Of a stretch of DNA of 42,800 nucleotides, positions 1-8,575 are shown piece by piece. The notes beneath the pieces are model-generated. The model worked only from the letters and a program-made list of their open reading frames with translations. It was not told where the DNA came from and did not search any database. Each line of letters opens with the position of its first letter. Position 1 is the stretch's first letter. The position numbers and the translations under genes were made by a program. The DNA is taken from positions 1-42,800 of IMG/VR virus record IMGVR_UViG_2703719347_000006; one strand, written 5' to 3'. Source of the stretch: a virus. Taxonomy: Duplodnaviria > Heunggongvirae > Uroviricota > Caudoviricetes.

Positions 1-1053
1 CTAGTAGTAATGGTCATAACCTCCGCTTTCTCTTCTGGCTCTGGATGCTCTCACTCGTGCTTTTCTTAACATCCTTAACAGCGGGTGGGTTTGTACTTTG
101 TTCGAGTTTATTGTCTGTGAGGATAGTAACTCCCTGCGCTCTGTCTCTGCCTCTTTGGTGACCGCTATCACTGATAAATCCCAATCGTGTTTGCTAATTA
201 ACGGTGCTTGGAACGGGGTGATTGGTGAGCGATTTATGTCTTGTCGTTTCAATGTACGCTGTATCTGTCGCTTAACTTTGTAGTTGTCTTTCCTTGATGC
301 CTGAATGGCTTTTAGTATGCGTCTTACAGCATGAAAGCCAGTGATAGAAAGTGTTTCTTTTTTTATCTCATGCCGCGCCCAGCCATTCGAATAACCCCAA
401 ACGTTGGCATCTGACCAATCATATAGGCTCTTGCTCGCCTCTCTATTAAAGTCATTTAACTTAGTTTCGGGTTTTGCCATGTAATCAATCTGTTTACCTA
501 TACACCTTGTAGGCTCTGAATATTGCTGACCTTTCAAATCTAGATCCCACTGGGGAGGAACATTTGATGGGATTGCATTGTTTGCCAGTGTTACCCATTT
601 GCTGACAATTTTGCCTGCTTGCCCATTAATGCTTCTTTCGTTCACCATAATTATTGCGTGTACATGCGGCTCTGACTGGTGTTGAGCCCACTCCATGACG
701 TAAACCCACTGATTGCCTTTCGAAGTCAACCATCTGGTAAGTGCCTTTAACGCTTTGTTGAATTTCTCTGGCGTTGTTCCCTTAACGGGTCTGAAGGTAA
801 AGGAGTAGGGGATACCACTAGTTGATTCGACATCCAGAGTAAACAAAGCTCGCCTCATTGTACGCCATTTCTTCTTTGTCCAAGCTGGTGGTATGCAGTG
901 GTTAGCCTTTGATGATTGGCGTTTATTCTCCGCCTTTAATTCATTACGTTTGTGCGTAACTGATCTCACATAAGCTAATGTGCGACCATTGATGTGATTG
1001 ATTACGGCTTGTGATTTTGTGGATAGACTCGCGTCTTTATCGTATAATTCCAT
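1..1053 (-). CDS. Rolling-circle replication initiator-like protein (HUH endonuclease motifs)
   Basis: 350-aa ORF; motifs in canonical order FTLDV (motif I), HVHAII (HUH, motif II), DYMAKP (Y-x-x-K, motif III) with about 60-aa spacing; last visible gene of the leftward integrase operon. Confidence 0.45.
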   Translation of the reverse strand: MELYDKDASLSTKSQAVINHINGRTLAYVRSVTHKRNELKAENKRQSSKANHCIPPAWTKKKWRTMRRALFTLDVESTSGIPYSFTFRPVKGTTPEKFNKALKALTRWLTSKGNQWVYVMEWAQHQSEPHVHAIIMVNERSINGQAGKIVSKWVTLANNAIPSNVPPQWDLDLKGQQYSEPTRCIGKQIDYMAKPETKLNDFNREASKSLYDWSDANVWGYSNGWARHEIKKETLSITGFHAVRRILKAIQASRKDNYKVKRQIQRTLKRQDINRSPITPFQAPLISKHDWDLSVIAVTKEAETERRELLSSQTINSNKVQTHPLLRMLRKARVRASRARRESGGYDHYY

Positions 1054-1121
1054 GTGTAAAGTTCATATATTTCAATTGCTTCAAAGCCGACTCTCGCAAA
1101 GTCGGCTTTCTGCTTTGTCAA

Positions 1122-1508
1122 TCACAGGTATTTGGTTTCAATACCCTTGTAAACAGTTCTAAGCGTGTCTTCAGGCACTTTACCCACCAGCCCACGCAAC
1201 AACGACAACGTTATGTTTACCTTACGCAATGTCTTTACATATCTGGCGTTCGTCCTCCAGATCTTCAATGTTTCGTCTTTATCGCTGTGGTATGCTTCTA
1301 AATTGCGTTCTGTGACGTGATACGCCTCTGTTTTAAACTGCTCAACAGGAATTCCCCAATCGTTGCGTAACAGCGTTAAAACGCGACTACGTTCGTGATT
1401 TCCGGCTTTCCTTAATATGTCGTCAAACTCTTTTGGGGTAAGCTTCCTGCCACTTAGTAGGATATCGCGTATATTCGCGGCGACCTGAGAGCGTGTAAGA
1501 GTGCTCAT
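1122..1508 (-). CDS. Hypothetical protein (128 aa)
   Basis: ORF with 4-nt ATGA-type overlap with the upstream 64-aa gene (1505-1508), suggesting coupling; no recognisable motif. Confidence 0.4.
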   Translation of the reverse strand: MSTLTRSQVAANIRDILLSGRKLTPKEFDDILRKAGNHERSRVLTLLRNDWGIPVEQFKTEAYHVTERNLEAYHSDKDETLKIWRTNARYVKTLRKVNITLSLLRGLVGKVPEDTLRTVYKGIETKYL

Positions 1509-1699
1509 TTTCGTCCCCCCAGAAATCTGTCGGCAAATTGATCAAGGCTGGAGGCAAGCCACACCCGGCGCTTGCGTCCATTGATGGTCTGATTTATATA
1601 GGGAGGAAAGCTTCGGATATATCGCTTTAACTGATAGAAGCGTGACAGACAGACGCCAAGATATTCTGCTGCGTCTTTAGCGGTCAGGTAATTAATCAT
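1505..1699 (-). CDS. Small HTH DNA-binding protein (excisionase/MerR-like helix-turn-helix)
   Basis: 64-aa ORF with motif LTAKDAAEYLGVCLSRFYQL typical of HTH_17/excisionase-type DNA-binding domains. Confidence 0.4.
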   Translation of the reverse strand: MINYLTAKDAAEYLGVCLSRFYQLKRYIRSFPPYINQTINGRKRRVWLASSLDQFADRFLGGRK

Positions 1700-1780
1700 T
1701 TTATTCCCTTACTGTTGTACCAAAATGTAATATGGAGGAGACTTCCTGTCTCCCCAAATTACTCTACAATTTTTGTGCGA

Positions 1781-1972
1781 TTAAATCAGATCTATTACTA
1801 AGTAATCATCGCCAGAGGCAATGCCGATAGCTTTTCCACCGCTGGTGGATTTCACATCATAAACCCAGGTGCTGGTGCTCACCTTTTGTGGCTCTGATCT
1901 AATCAGTGCCGCGAAGGTTTCAAAATCAACATGGGTTACGTTCAGCTTTTGATTGGTAGGTTTCAACTGCAT
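1781..1972 (-). CDS. Hypothetical protein (63 aa)
   Basis: Short ORF co-oriented with neighbours; no motif recognised. Confidence 0.3.
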   Translation of the reverse strand: MQLKPTNQKLNVTHVDFETFAALIRSEPQKVSTSTWVYDVKSTSGGKAIGIASGDDYLVIDLI

Positions 1973-2020
1973 TCTTAATACCTAATAACGTATTGTTTGT
2001 ATCCTGTTTGTTTCTGTTCT

Positions 2021-2212
2021 TTAGTTACTACGCGATTCGGCTATACGTTGATCGATCCAGTCATCGATCTCGCTTTCAATAAAAGCTATTGCGCGAGCAC
2101 CAATCTTGACTGATTGGGGGAATTGTCCTCGGCTCATCAGAGCATATACCCACGCCTTGCTATAGCCAGTGCGTTTCAAAACCTCAGATAGCCGAATCAG
2201 CGACTTTTTCAT
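2021..2212 (-). CDS. AlpA-family transcriptional regulator (P4 Vis-like)
   Basis: 63-aa ORF; sequence LIRLSEVLKRTGYSKAWVYALMSRGQFPQSVKIGARAIAFIESEIDDWI matches the AlpA/Vis small HTH family pattern; downstream of a P4-type integrase. Confidence 0.6.
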   Translation of the reverse strand: MKKSLIRLSEVLKRTGYSKAWVYALMSRGQFPQSVKIGARAIAFIESEIDDWIDQRIAESRSN

Positions 2213-2368
2213 ATCTACCTCGTAATACGTTGCTTGACTATGTGAGATAGTAAATCATTGTTTTTTTAAGTTTTCTGTGAATTTGGAGAAAAAATTTTTG
2301 GGAATAGAATTACCCCAAATTGGGCGTTATTTTTTAGTTCTAACGCACAATTTGGGAACATCCTTCCT

Positions 2369-3115
2369 TTATTTTGGACGCTTTTTGGTTGCTTTTTTCT
2401 TAAATTTGGGGGCGTACTTATCCAAAGCGTTCGTTAGCAATCTCCGAAATGTATCTGGGTGGGTATCGCTGTCTTCATCGTTCCCGAATATTATGTTGTT
2501 TTCTATTACTTGGGCACTAACCCTATTGATACTAAGGTTTCCTCCACTATGGAAATCTTTGCTTGATTCAAATAAGGCAATCGCCATTCCGGCGATCATC
2601 TTTAAAGCCGTATCTTTTCCTCTCCAGTTTTGTTCTCTTTCTACTTTTTTTGACAGTGCTCCAATTTCTGGTTCGTTATCTGGAACATTCATATCCAGTT
2701 CTGGGAAGAAGTTCACAACCTCGGAGCGCTTGAAATAAAACGAATCGTAAGACCCATACCAATCATCCTCATCATCGTGATATAAAAAGTCTTCCCCTTT
2801 CCTAACGTTGAAAGTCCCTTCTTCCCCCGGTATCGGGCTCTCCCTGTATTCATGCCCCATAGCCAGAAGACCTAAAAACTCCACACACTGCTTTTCAAAG
2901 TCGTCATTAGTTGTAAAACCTGATACCCAATCGAACTGATAAAAGCCCAGCCCCCCTAAAGTATCTGGTTTAGCTTTGCTCAATCTGTAGTTACTTAAGA
3001 TAGCGGCAGCGATCATTCTTTCATTTTCATTGTTTAGTCTTGCCAGTTCGCTGATCAGATTACCAAACCAGATTTTATCTTCTGACTCGTTATAAAACGC
3101 ATCTAGTCCTGTCAT
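2369..3115 (-). CDS. Acidic hypothetical protein with basic C-terminal tail, translationally coupled to integrase
   Basis: ATG at 3115-3113 lies 1 nt after the integrase TAA stop (3119-3117); 248 aa from this ATG (ORF track gives a GTG start at 3124); D/E-rich core, C-terminal KFKKKATKKRPK; AT-rich by eye. Confidence 0.5.
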   Translation of the reverse strand: MTGLDAFYNESEDKIWFGNLISELARLNNENERMIAAAILSNYRLSKAKPDTLGGLGFYQFDWVSGFTTNDDFEKQCVEFLGLLAMGHEYRESPIPGEEGTFNVRKGEDFLYHDDEDDWYGSYDSFYFKRSEVVNFFPELDMNVPDNEPEIGALSKKVEREQNWRGKDTALKMIAGMAIALFESSKDFHSGGNLSINRVSAQVIENNIIFGNDEDSDTHPDTFRRLLTNALDKYAPKFKKKATKKRPK

Positions 3116-3116
3116 C

Positions 3117-4403
3117 TTAGTCACGGCGTGTTCTCCTTCCGAACTCGTAAGGGCTTATATGTATTTCTCGATTGGCGTCCAGATAATCTGCCCACCATTG
3201 AAGCATTAGTTTGCGCTCTTCTAAGTAATCAGCCTTGTGCTTGTAGGCTCTTTTAACGTCTTTATATTCTTTGTGGCTCATCTGGCGCTCTACTGCGTCC
3301 TCCTGCCACAAACCGGACTCCATCAGGGAACTACAGGCTGTGGCACGGAATCCATGTCCAGTTACGTCCTCTTGCGTGTTATAGCCCATTAAGCGTAATG
3401 CCTTGTTTACCGTGTTTTCACTCATCACGCCTTTGGTGTTTCTTTCATTCGGAAACACAACATCGTAGCTTCCGCTTAGTTCTCTCAACTGCTTTACAAT
3501 AGAAACAGCCTGACGGCTAAGAAGCACGATATGTTCGTCTTTTCCCGTTTTTGTGCCACGGGTGGAAAACCTCACACCATCGATAGGCTCTCTTTTTTTA
3601 GGGATAATCCACTCAGCCCGATCAAGGTCAAACTCTTTCCAACGGGCAAACCTTAACTCGCTTGAACGAACAAATGTCAACATGGTTAGCTCAATGGCAA
3701 GGCGGGTAAGAGGATTACCTTTAAAGCTGCCCAATCGAGTGAAAAAGTCTGGTAAATCTCTGGGATGTAGTGCGGCATGATGCTTAGTTTCATATTGCAT
3801 TAACCGGACATCGAGATCATTCGTGATGATTTCTGTCTTAATGCCGCTCAGACGGGCGCTATGTATGATGTCCTTAACTCGTTGTTTAAGTCGGTTGGCT
3901 GTATCGTGTTTCCCGGCGTCATCTACCTTCTTAAACAAAGGTAAAATTGTCATCGCCTCCAGTTTGCGAATATCCGAAGTGCCAATGTGAGGGAAAATAT
4001 ACATTTCAAGGCTTCTAAGTACGCGTTTTCGTTGGTCTTCGTTCCACATCTGGTGGCTTTCAACCCATTGACGTCCTATTGTCTCAAAAGTGAATGCGCC
4101 TTTTTCTTCTGCTTTTGCTGCTCTTTGCTCTGCTTTGGGATCTATCCCCTTGACTAACAACTTTTTGGCGTTGTCTCGTTTTTCTCTGGCGTCTTGTAAG
4201 CTAATGGTTGGATATACACCAAAAGCAAGTCTGTCTTCTTTCTTATCTGATGGGCGGCGATACTTCATTCGCCAATACTTCGACCCGGTCTGGGATACTT
4301 CAAGATAAAGACCACCACCATCAGACAATTTATAAGTTTTGTCTCGTGGCTTAGCTGCTTTGCACTGACGGTCTGTTAATTTGTTGAGGGTATTTCTGGA
4401 CAT
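3117..4403 (-). CDS. int: Tyrosine integrase, P4-type (arm-binding N-terminal domain)
   Basis: 428-aa ORF; N-terminus KLSDGGGLYLEVSQTGSKYWRMKYR typical of P4/CP4-57-type integrases; C-terminal catalytic region with HGFR...Y. Confidence 0.85.
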   Translation of the reverse strand: MSRNTLNKLTDRQCKAAKPRDKTYKLSDGGGLYLEVSQTGSKYWRMKYRRPSDKKEDRLAFGVYPTISLQDAREKRDNAKKLLVKGIDPKAEQRAAKAEEKGAFTFETIGRQWVESHQMWNEDQRKRVLRSLEMYIFPHIGTSDIRKLEAMTILPLFKKVDDAGKHDTANRLKQRVKDIIHSARLSGIKTEIITNDLDVRLMQYETKHHAALHPRDLPDFFTRLGSFKGNPLTRLAIELTMLTFVRSSELRFARWKEFDLDRAEWIIPKKREPIDGVRFSTRGTKTGKDEHIVLLSRQAVSIVKQLRELSGSYDVVFPNERNTKGVMSENTVNKALRLMGYNTQEDVTGHGFRATACSSLMESGLWQEDAVERQMSHKEYKDVKRAYKHKADYLEERKLMLQWWADYLDANREIHISPYEFGRRTRRD

Positions 4404-4655
4404 GTTGGGGGCACATATACAATCGAACCAGCAATGCCCCTAATTATGCCCCATAGATTTACTTGATTTCAATAGACGGAAATGGACGTCATGAGAATAA
4501 AATCTCTTTATTTTTATATGTTTACATGGGATTTATAGACAATGGTAGACGTTGGTGTACAGCGGGATGGTGTCCCCTGCAGACATCTACTTGAGGCAGC
4601 AGGGGATTGATTAGAATGGTGTTTTTGAGATGTGAGAAATATTTTACCCGCTATT

Positions 4656-4856
4656 TTACCCATTGGCGCGGCTTAAGAGCTTATTTTTGAATTCACAATG
4701 GTCACGATATAACCATCTTGCTCGTCCGTGGATAACTTTGGCTTTAGGCAGGTCGCCGGACTTAATCCGGTCATAGATGAAGGTCTTACCGAAGCCAGTA
4801 TCGGCCATGATGAATTTCAAATCAACTAGTGAATCAGGCTGTAGTTCGTGTTGCAT
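4656..4856 (-). CDS. xis: Excisionase-like small DNA-binding protein
   Basis: 66-aa ORF from internal ATG at 4856-4854 (Met75 of the track ORF 4656-5078); position between integrase and early recombination genes. Confidence 0.5.
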   Translation of the reverse strand: MQHELQPDSLVDLKFIMADTGFGKTFIYDRIKSGDLPKAKVIHGRARWLYRDHCEFKNKLLSRANG

Positions 4857-4935
4857 GAGTGCTATCTCCAAATAGGGAATCGAACCTGCAAATAAGGCAA
4901 TAAAAAACCGCATTGATGCGGCGATGGAAAATTCC

Positions 4936-5232
4936 TCAGTCATTACTGATAGCGCCAAAGCGTGAGCGGTAATTACGCAGGCGCGGGTCGATATATTCAG
5001 GGAAGTGGGTATATGTGGCTTTGCGGAATGGTCGGATTGATGTCTGGTAAATTCGCTCGCGTTCTTGTTTCTCTGCAAGCCATATACAATGGCGAAATTC
5101 CTTTTCCTCTTTCGTTTCCTGCGGTAGCGACATTATCCGGTCGTAGTTTTTCCTGAATTTATCCAGCACCTCCGATACGGAATTGCCGGAACAGCGGCGC
5201 GGGTCATCTGCACCATACTGAGGCGCTGGCAT
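4936..5232 (-). CDS. Hypothetical early protein (98 aa)
   Basis: ATG at 5232 preceded by AGGAG-type RBS; directly downstream of ssb in the leftward operon. Confidence 0.45.
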   Translation of the reverse strand: MPAPQYGADDPRRCSGNSVSEVLDKFRKNYDRIMSLPQETKEEKEFRHCIWLAEKQERERIYQTSIRPFRKATYTHFPEYIDPRLRNYRSRFGAISND

Positions 5233-5245
5233 GATTTTCTCCTGA

Positions 5246-5752
5246 TTAAATTGCGTGAATAGCGTGACGAGGGAAGGGGAGAGTTACTGGTGCAAAGGGT
5301 ATATCGTCGTCAAAATCCATCGGAGGTTCGTTGTGTTGTGCTGGTGATGATTGCTGCTGTGGCTTCTGTGATTGCCTGCTGGCTGCTTGTTGTTTGCTGT
5401 CGCCAATGCCGCCAAGCATTTGCATCACGCCATTAATTCCGACATGAACCTCGGTTGTGTAACGGTCTTGCCCTGACTGGTCTTTCCACTTTCTGGTTCT
5501 CAGCATTCCCTCGAAATAAATCTGATCACCTTTTTTCACATACTGCCCCACGACCTCAGCCAGTTTCCCGGATACAGCAACACGATGCCATTCAGTCAAT
5601 TCCTTTTGCTCGCCAGTATTTTTATCTCGCCATTGTTCTGACGTGGCTATTGTCAGGTTAGCGAACGCTGTACCTGATGGTGAGTATCGAACTTCCGGGG
5701 CTTGTCCTACCCGACCAAGGATAATCACCTTATTTACGCCTCTGCTTGCCAT
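5246..5752 (-). CDS. ssb: Single-stranded DNA-binding protein
   Basis: 168-aa ORF with OB-fold SSB N-terminus and acidic C-terminal tail DFDDDIPF. Confidence 0.85.
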   Translation of the reverse strand: MASRGVNKVIILGRVGQAPEVRYSPSGTAFANLTIATSEQWRDKNTGEQKELTEWHRVAVSGKLAEVVGQYVKKGDQIYFEGMLRTRKWKDQSGQDRYTTEVHVGINGVMQMLGGIGDSKQQAASRQSQKPQQQSSPAQHNEPPMDFDDDIPFAPVTLPFPRHAIHAI

Positions 5753-6460
5753 TTATGCCGCCTGTTTTAGCTCGTTAACTCTGATGTTCATTACCTGAAC
5801 GCATTTAGCCTGCGCCTCCTCGTTGCCAGCCATTAATTGCCAGTCACGATGATAACGCTCGATGAGTTTTTTCTTGTCAGTTTCTGTTGACGCATAATCG
5901 CTGAAGTCTTTCAGGATTTGTTCGCAGTCAACCGATGGAGATTTCTGGTTGGTATTTTCTGGTGATGGTTTGTTATCTGATGCTGGGATTGCCCAGCCCG
6001 GCAGCGATGGAGGGAGCCAGTAAAATCCTGTTCCATCCTTGAGTTTTGCCCTGTGCCATCCCTGCTTTTTGTCGAGAGATGTTTGTGCGAAACCTTCCTC
6101 AAGGTTATACAGATACCGACCGATTCCCCACTGAACGGCAGCGCGCTTCATTGCACCGGAACGACCACCTTTGACGGCTTCTACCTGCGTGTTTTCAGCA
6201 GCATCCCATTTGGTTACCCATTCGGAATCAATCTTTATTGATATGCCGCATTCAACGCCGCCGTTGTTGGGAATATCGCGGTATTCATTGCGCCATCCTG
6301 CTTTGCCGCAAACATCGTCCAGGCGTTTCATGATTGCCCGGTTCGTGACATAAGCCAGCACCATAGCCCACACCTTGCCATCGCGTGTTTTACCGCTTTG
6401 CTGTATTCGCCATTCGATATCTTCAGGGCTGAATGGCTCATCGAATTTGTTCAAATCCAT
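5753..6460 (-). CDS. ssDNA-annealing recombinase (Rad52/Sak- or Erf-like)
   Basis: 235-aa ORF immediately upstream of ssb in the position of lambda bet; motif KRAAVQWGIGRYLY. Confidence 0.55.
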   Translation of the reverse strand: MDLNKFDEPFSPEDIEWRIQQSGKTRDGKVWAMVLAYVTNRAIMKRLDDVCGKAGWRNEYRDIPNNGGVECGISIKIDSEWVTKWDAAENTQVEAVKGGRSGAMKRAAVQWGIGRYLYNLEEGFAQTSLDKKQGWHRAKLKDGTGFYWLPPSLPGWAIPASDNKPSPENTNQKSPSVDCEQILKDFSDYASTETDKKKLIERYHRDWQLMAGNEEAQAKCVQVMNIRVNELKQAA

Positions 6461-6559
6461 AATTCACCTCAGAATGGACACGGCCCAAGGAAATAACGCT
6501 GATTTAATACTTCGACTCGGGACAAATTAAGGCATACCCGCATTCCTTCGCGGTCGCCA

Positions 6560-6718
6560 TTATGGCGATACCAGAGAGCTTTCTGCGTGTACATGCGTCT
6601 CTGTAACTTGCTCTCCTTCACTGTGGTTGCAAGTGACATGAATATCTCCTTCGTTACCGATTAATTCTTTCATCTGACGAATGAATTCTTCGTCTGACCA
6701 GTTATCTGTAAAACTCAT
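6560..6718 (-). CDS. Hypothetical small early protein (52 aa)
   Basis: ATG overlaps the TGA of the upstream Kil-like ORF (ATGA at 6715-6718); AGGA RBS; not in the ORF track because under 60 aa. Confidence 0.3.
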   Translation of the reverse strand: MSFTDNWSDEEFIRQMKELIGNEGDIHVTCNHSEGEQVTETHVHAESSLVSP

Positions 6719-6867
6719 TTCCTGCGATACCATGGAAGGTTGATAGCTGATTTCATCGCTTTATTTGCTTCAAGCCACATTTTTGAATCACCAATAAATC
6801 TGGCTATTACTGCTTTGTTTTGTGCTGCACGAAGCATCTGGTGATTGATGGCTATTTCATTGCGCAT
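6715..6867 (-). CDS. Kil-like small protein
   Basis: 50-aa ORF; segment AVIARFIGDSKMWLEANKAMK resembles lambda Kil as recalled; start overlaps stop of the cIII-like ORF. Confidence 0.4.
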   Translation of the reverse strand: MRNEIAINHQMLRAAQNKAVIARFIGDSKMWLEANKAMKSAINLPWYRRK

Positions 6868-6986
6868 AACGCCTCCAGTTGTTTCTTTGCTGCTCTGATT
6901 AATTGTTTAACTCGGCGTGATAATTCAGATTCGTGCGGGTAGAAAGCGGACATGACGCCGCTACCCGCGAGCTGAAAGTGCATCAT
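6852..6986 (-). CDS. cIII-like small protein (FtsH-inhibitor family)
   Basis: 44-aa ORF with strong AAGGAG RBS; HFQLAGSGVMSAFYPHESELSRRVKQLI resembles lambda cIII as recalled. Confidence 0.4.
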   Translation of the reverse strand: MMHFQLAGSGVMSAFYPHESELSRRVKQLIRAAKKQLEALCAMK

Positions 6987-7211
6987 GGGTAACTCCTTAT
7001 ATTTGATTGCATAACGAAAAACGCCTCGAGTGAAGCGTTATTGGTATGCATATAAAAAGGCCCTCACATTGGAGGGCAAAGAAGATTTCCAATAATCAGA
7101 ACAAGTCGGCTCCTGTTTAGTTACGAGCGACATTGCTCCGTGTATTCACTCGTTGGAATGAATACACAGTGCAGTGTTTATTCTGTTGTTTATGCCAAAA
7201 GTAAAGGCCGA

Positions 7212-7835
7212 CTATGCGGCCTCGGAAGGAAGTCCAATCATCTTATTCAAATCTTCTACCCGTAAAGCAGGAAGTGCTGTACTTGCTTTATCTGCTTCTT
7301 CTGGTAGCAATTCTTTGCTTTCAGGCCAAACTTCAATAAGTCGCTTAACTGTTGTGACTGAGTTCAAAGCAGCCCATACATTTGATTCGATATCCTTTTT
7401 CTTGGCTTCAAGTTTTTGTTGCAATGCGCAGATTTCATCAAACCTTTTTGTTATTTCGTGTTCTGCGCTAAACATGCATTTATCTTTGGTCGGAGTAGGG
7501 AGCAATATATCTTCGCCGTTGCCGTCTTTCCCATATGAATGCCATCCAACCCTTCTGCCAGATACAGTCAGATAAATTGAAGTAGAACTAACATCGTATG
7601 AGTAAAATGAACATCCCATCTTTTCAAGTTCTTCACTTATAGCTACCAACTTGGATGATAACTGATCCACTTCCTCAGTTTTCTTTTTACCGCCAAACGC
7701 AATAACTCTGGCGTCAAGTGCAAGCTGGTTCTTTAACTTTGTTACTTCTTTAAGTTCAGTGAAAACCCCAGACTTAATTAAAGCGTTACGAGCGATTTCC
7801 TCTTTCATTCTCGTAGTTAAGCGGATTGATGACAT
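7212..7835 (-). CDS. Hypothetical early-left protein (207 aa)
   Basis: ATG at 7835 with GAGGA RBS, 11 nt after the N stop; the track's TTG start at 7895 would overlap N and is rejected. Confidence 0.5.
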   Translation of the reverse strand: MSSIRLTTRMKEEIARNALIKSGVFTELKEVTKLKNQLALDARVIAFGGKKKTEEVDQLSSKLVAISEELEKMGCSFYSYDVSSTSIYLTVSGRRVGWHSYGKDGNGEDILLPTPTKDKCMFSAEHEITKRFDEICALQQKLEAKKKDIESNVWAALNSVTTVKRLIEVWPESKELLPEEADKASTALPALRVEDLNKMIGLPSEAA

Positions 7836-7846
7836 ATTAATTCCTC

Positions 7847-8173
7847 TCAAATAAGTGGTTTGCTGCCTAATTTCATTTTCTGGCGACCAACACAAGTCAC
7901 ACCCATTTCACTGCGTGGCTTGCTGTACCATGTGCGCTGATTCTTGCGCTCAATACGTTGCAGGTTGCTTTCAATCTGTTCGTGGTATTCAGCCAGCACC
8001 GTAAGGTCTATCGGATTCAGTGCGCTTTCTACTCGTGATTTCGGTTTGCGATTCAGCGAGAGAATAGGGCGGTTAACTGGTTTTGCGCTTACCCCAACCA
8101 ACAGGGGATTTGCTGCTTTCCATTGAGCCTGTTTCTCTGCGCGACGTTCGCGGCGGCGTGTTTGTGCATCCAT
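7847..8173 (-). CDS. N: Antitermination protein N
   Basis: 108-aa ORF beginning MDAQTRRRERRAEKQAQWKAANPLL (arginine-rich motif); matches lambda N as recalled; preceded by nutL. Confidence 0.9.
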   Translation of the reverse strand: MDAQTRRRERRAEKQAQWKAANPLLVGVSAKPVNRPILSLNRKPKSRVESALNPIDLTVLAEYHEQIESNLQRIERKNQRTWYSKPRSEMGVTCVGRQKMKLGSKPLI

Positions 8174-8371
8174 CTGGATTCTCCTGTCAGTTAGCTTTGG
8201 TGATTGGATGGCCGGCGCTGAACCCCGGCTTACTGGTTAGAGCGCCCGCACTACCAGTGACGCTGTCTTGAGGCGCAGATTGGTTACTGCTTGCCATGAG
8301 CGCTGTTTATACATTGGTCGAGCATCAGCCTGCTCATTCATCCAATCCCAAAGCCTTCTGCTTTGAATGCT

Positions 8372-8401
8372 GCCCTTCTTCAGGGCTAAATTTTTAAGAG
8401 C
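8372..8401 (-). promoter_or_regulatory. nutL (boxB hairpin plus boxA) in the N leader
   Basis: Plus-strand gcccttcttcagggc (8372-8386) is the reverse complement of boxB GCCCTGAAGAAGGGC; adjacent ttaagagc (8394-8401) gives boxA GCTCTTAA on the transcript. Confidence 0.7.
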
Positions 8402-8442
8402 CTCACCTTCAATTGTGGTCAGTGCGTCCTGCTGATGACTAA

Positions 8443-8471
8443 ATAGTACGATTTGTACTTTATCGAGTCAA
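8443..8471 (-). promoter_or_regulatory. Putative pL promoter with overlapping operator
   Basis: Minus strand: -35 TTGACT (8471-8466), 17-nt spacer, -10 TACTAT (8448-8443); dyad AGTACGATTTGTACT (8445-8459) overlaps spacer and -10. Confidence 0.45.
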
Positions 8472-8534
8472 TACAAAATGTTCTAAATATAATTAGTTTT
8501 TTATAACGCTTTGTATTTAATGGGTTTATATTTT

Positions 8535-8567
8535 GGAAAAAGAAAACCCGGCGCTGAGGCCGGGTTT
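8535..8567 (-). terminator. Rho-independent terminator after the cI-linked 348-aa gene
   Basis: Stem cccggc (8547-8552) / gccggg (8559-8564) with 6-nt loop; on the minus strand followed by a U-rich run; 12 nt past the ORF stop. Confidence 0.6.
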
Positions 8568-8575
8568 GGAGTGCA

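Noticed and set aside
3553-4308. Plus-strand ORFs 3553-3780 and 4090-4308
   Set aside because: Both lie entirely antisense within the integrase gene and have no RBS or recognisable sequence features; treated as spurious.
4404-4655. Possible tRNA or tRNA-fragment att core between int and xis
   Set aside because: I looked for T-loop and acceptor features on both strands and found only a partial GGTTCGATT-like match without a pairing stem; not reportable.
4857-5078. Long 140-aa version of the xis-like ORF
   Set aside because: The N-terminal 74 residues are low-complexity and lack an RBS; the conserved-looking part starts at Met75 (ATG at 4856).
7836-7895. TTG start at 7895 for the 207-aa early gene
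   Set aside because: It would overlap the N coding region by 49 nt; an ATG at 7835 with a GAGGA RBS lies just after the N stop.
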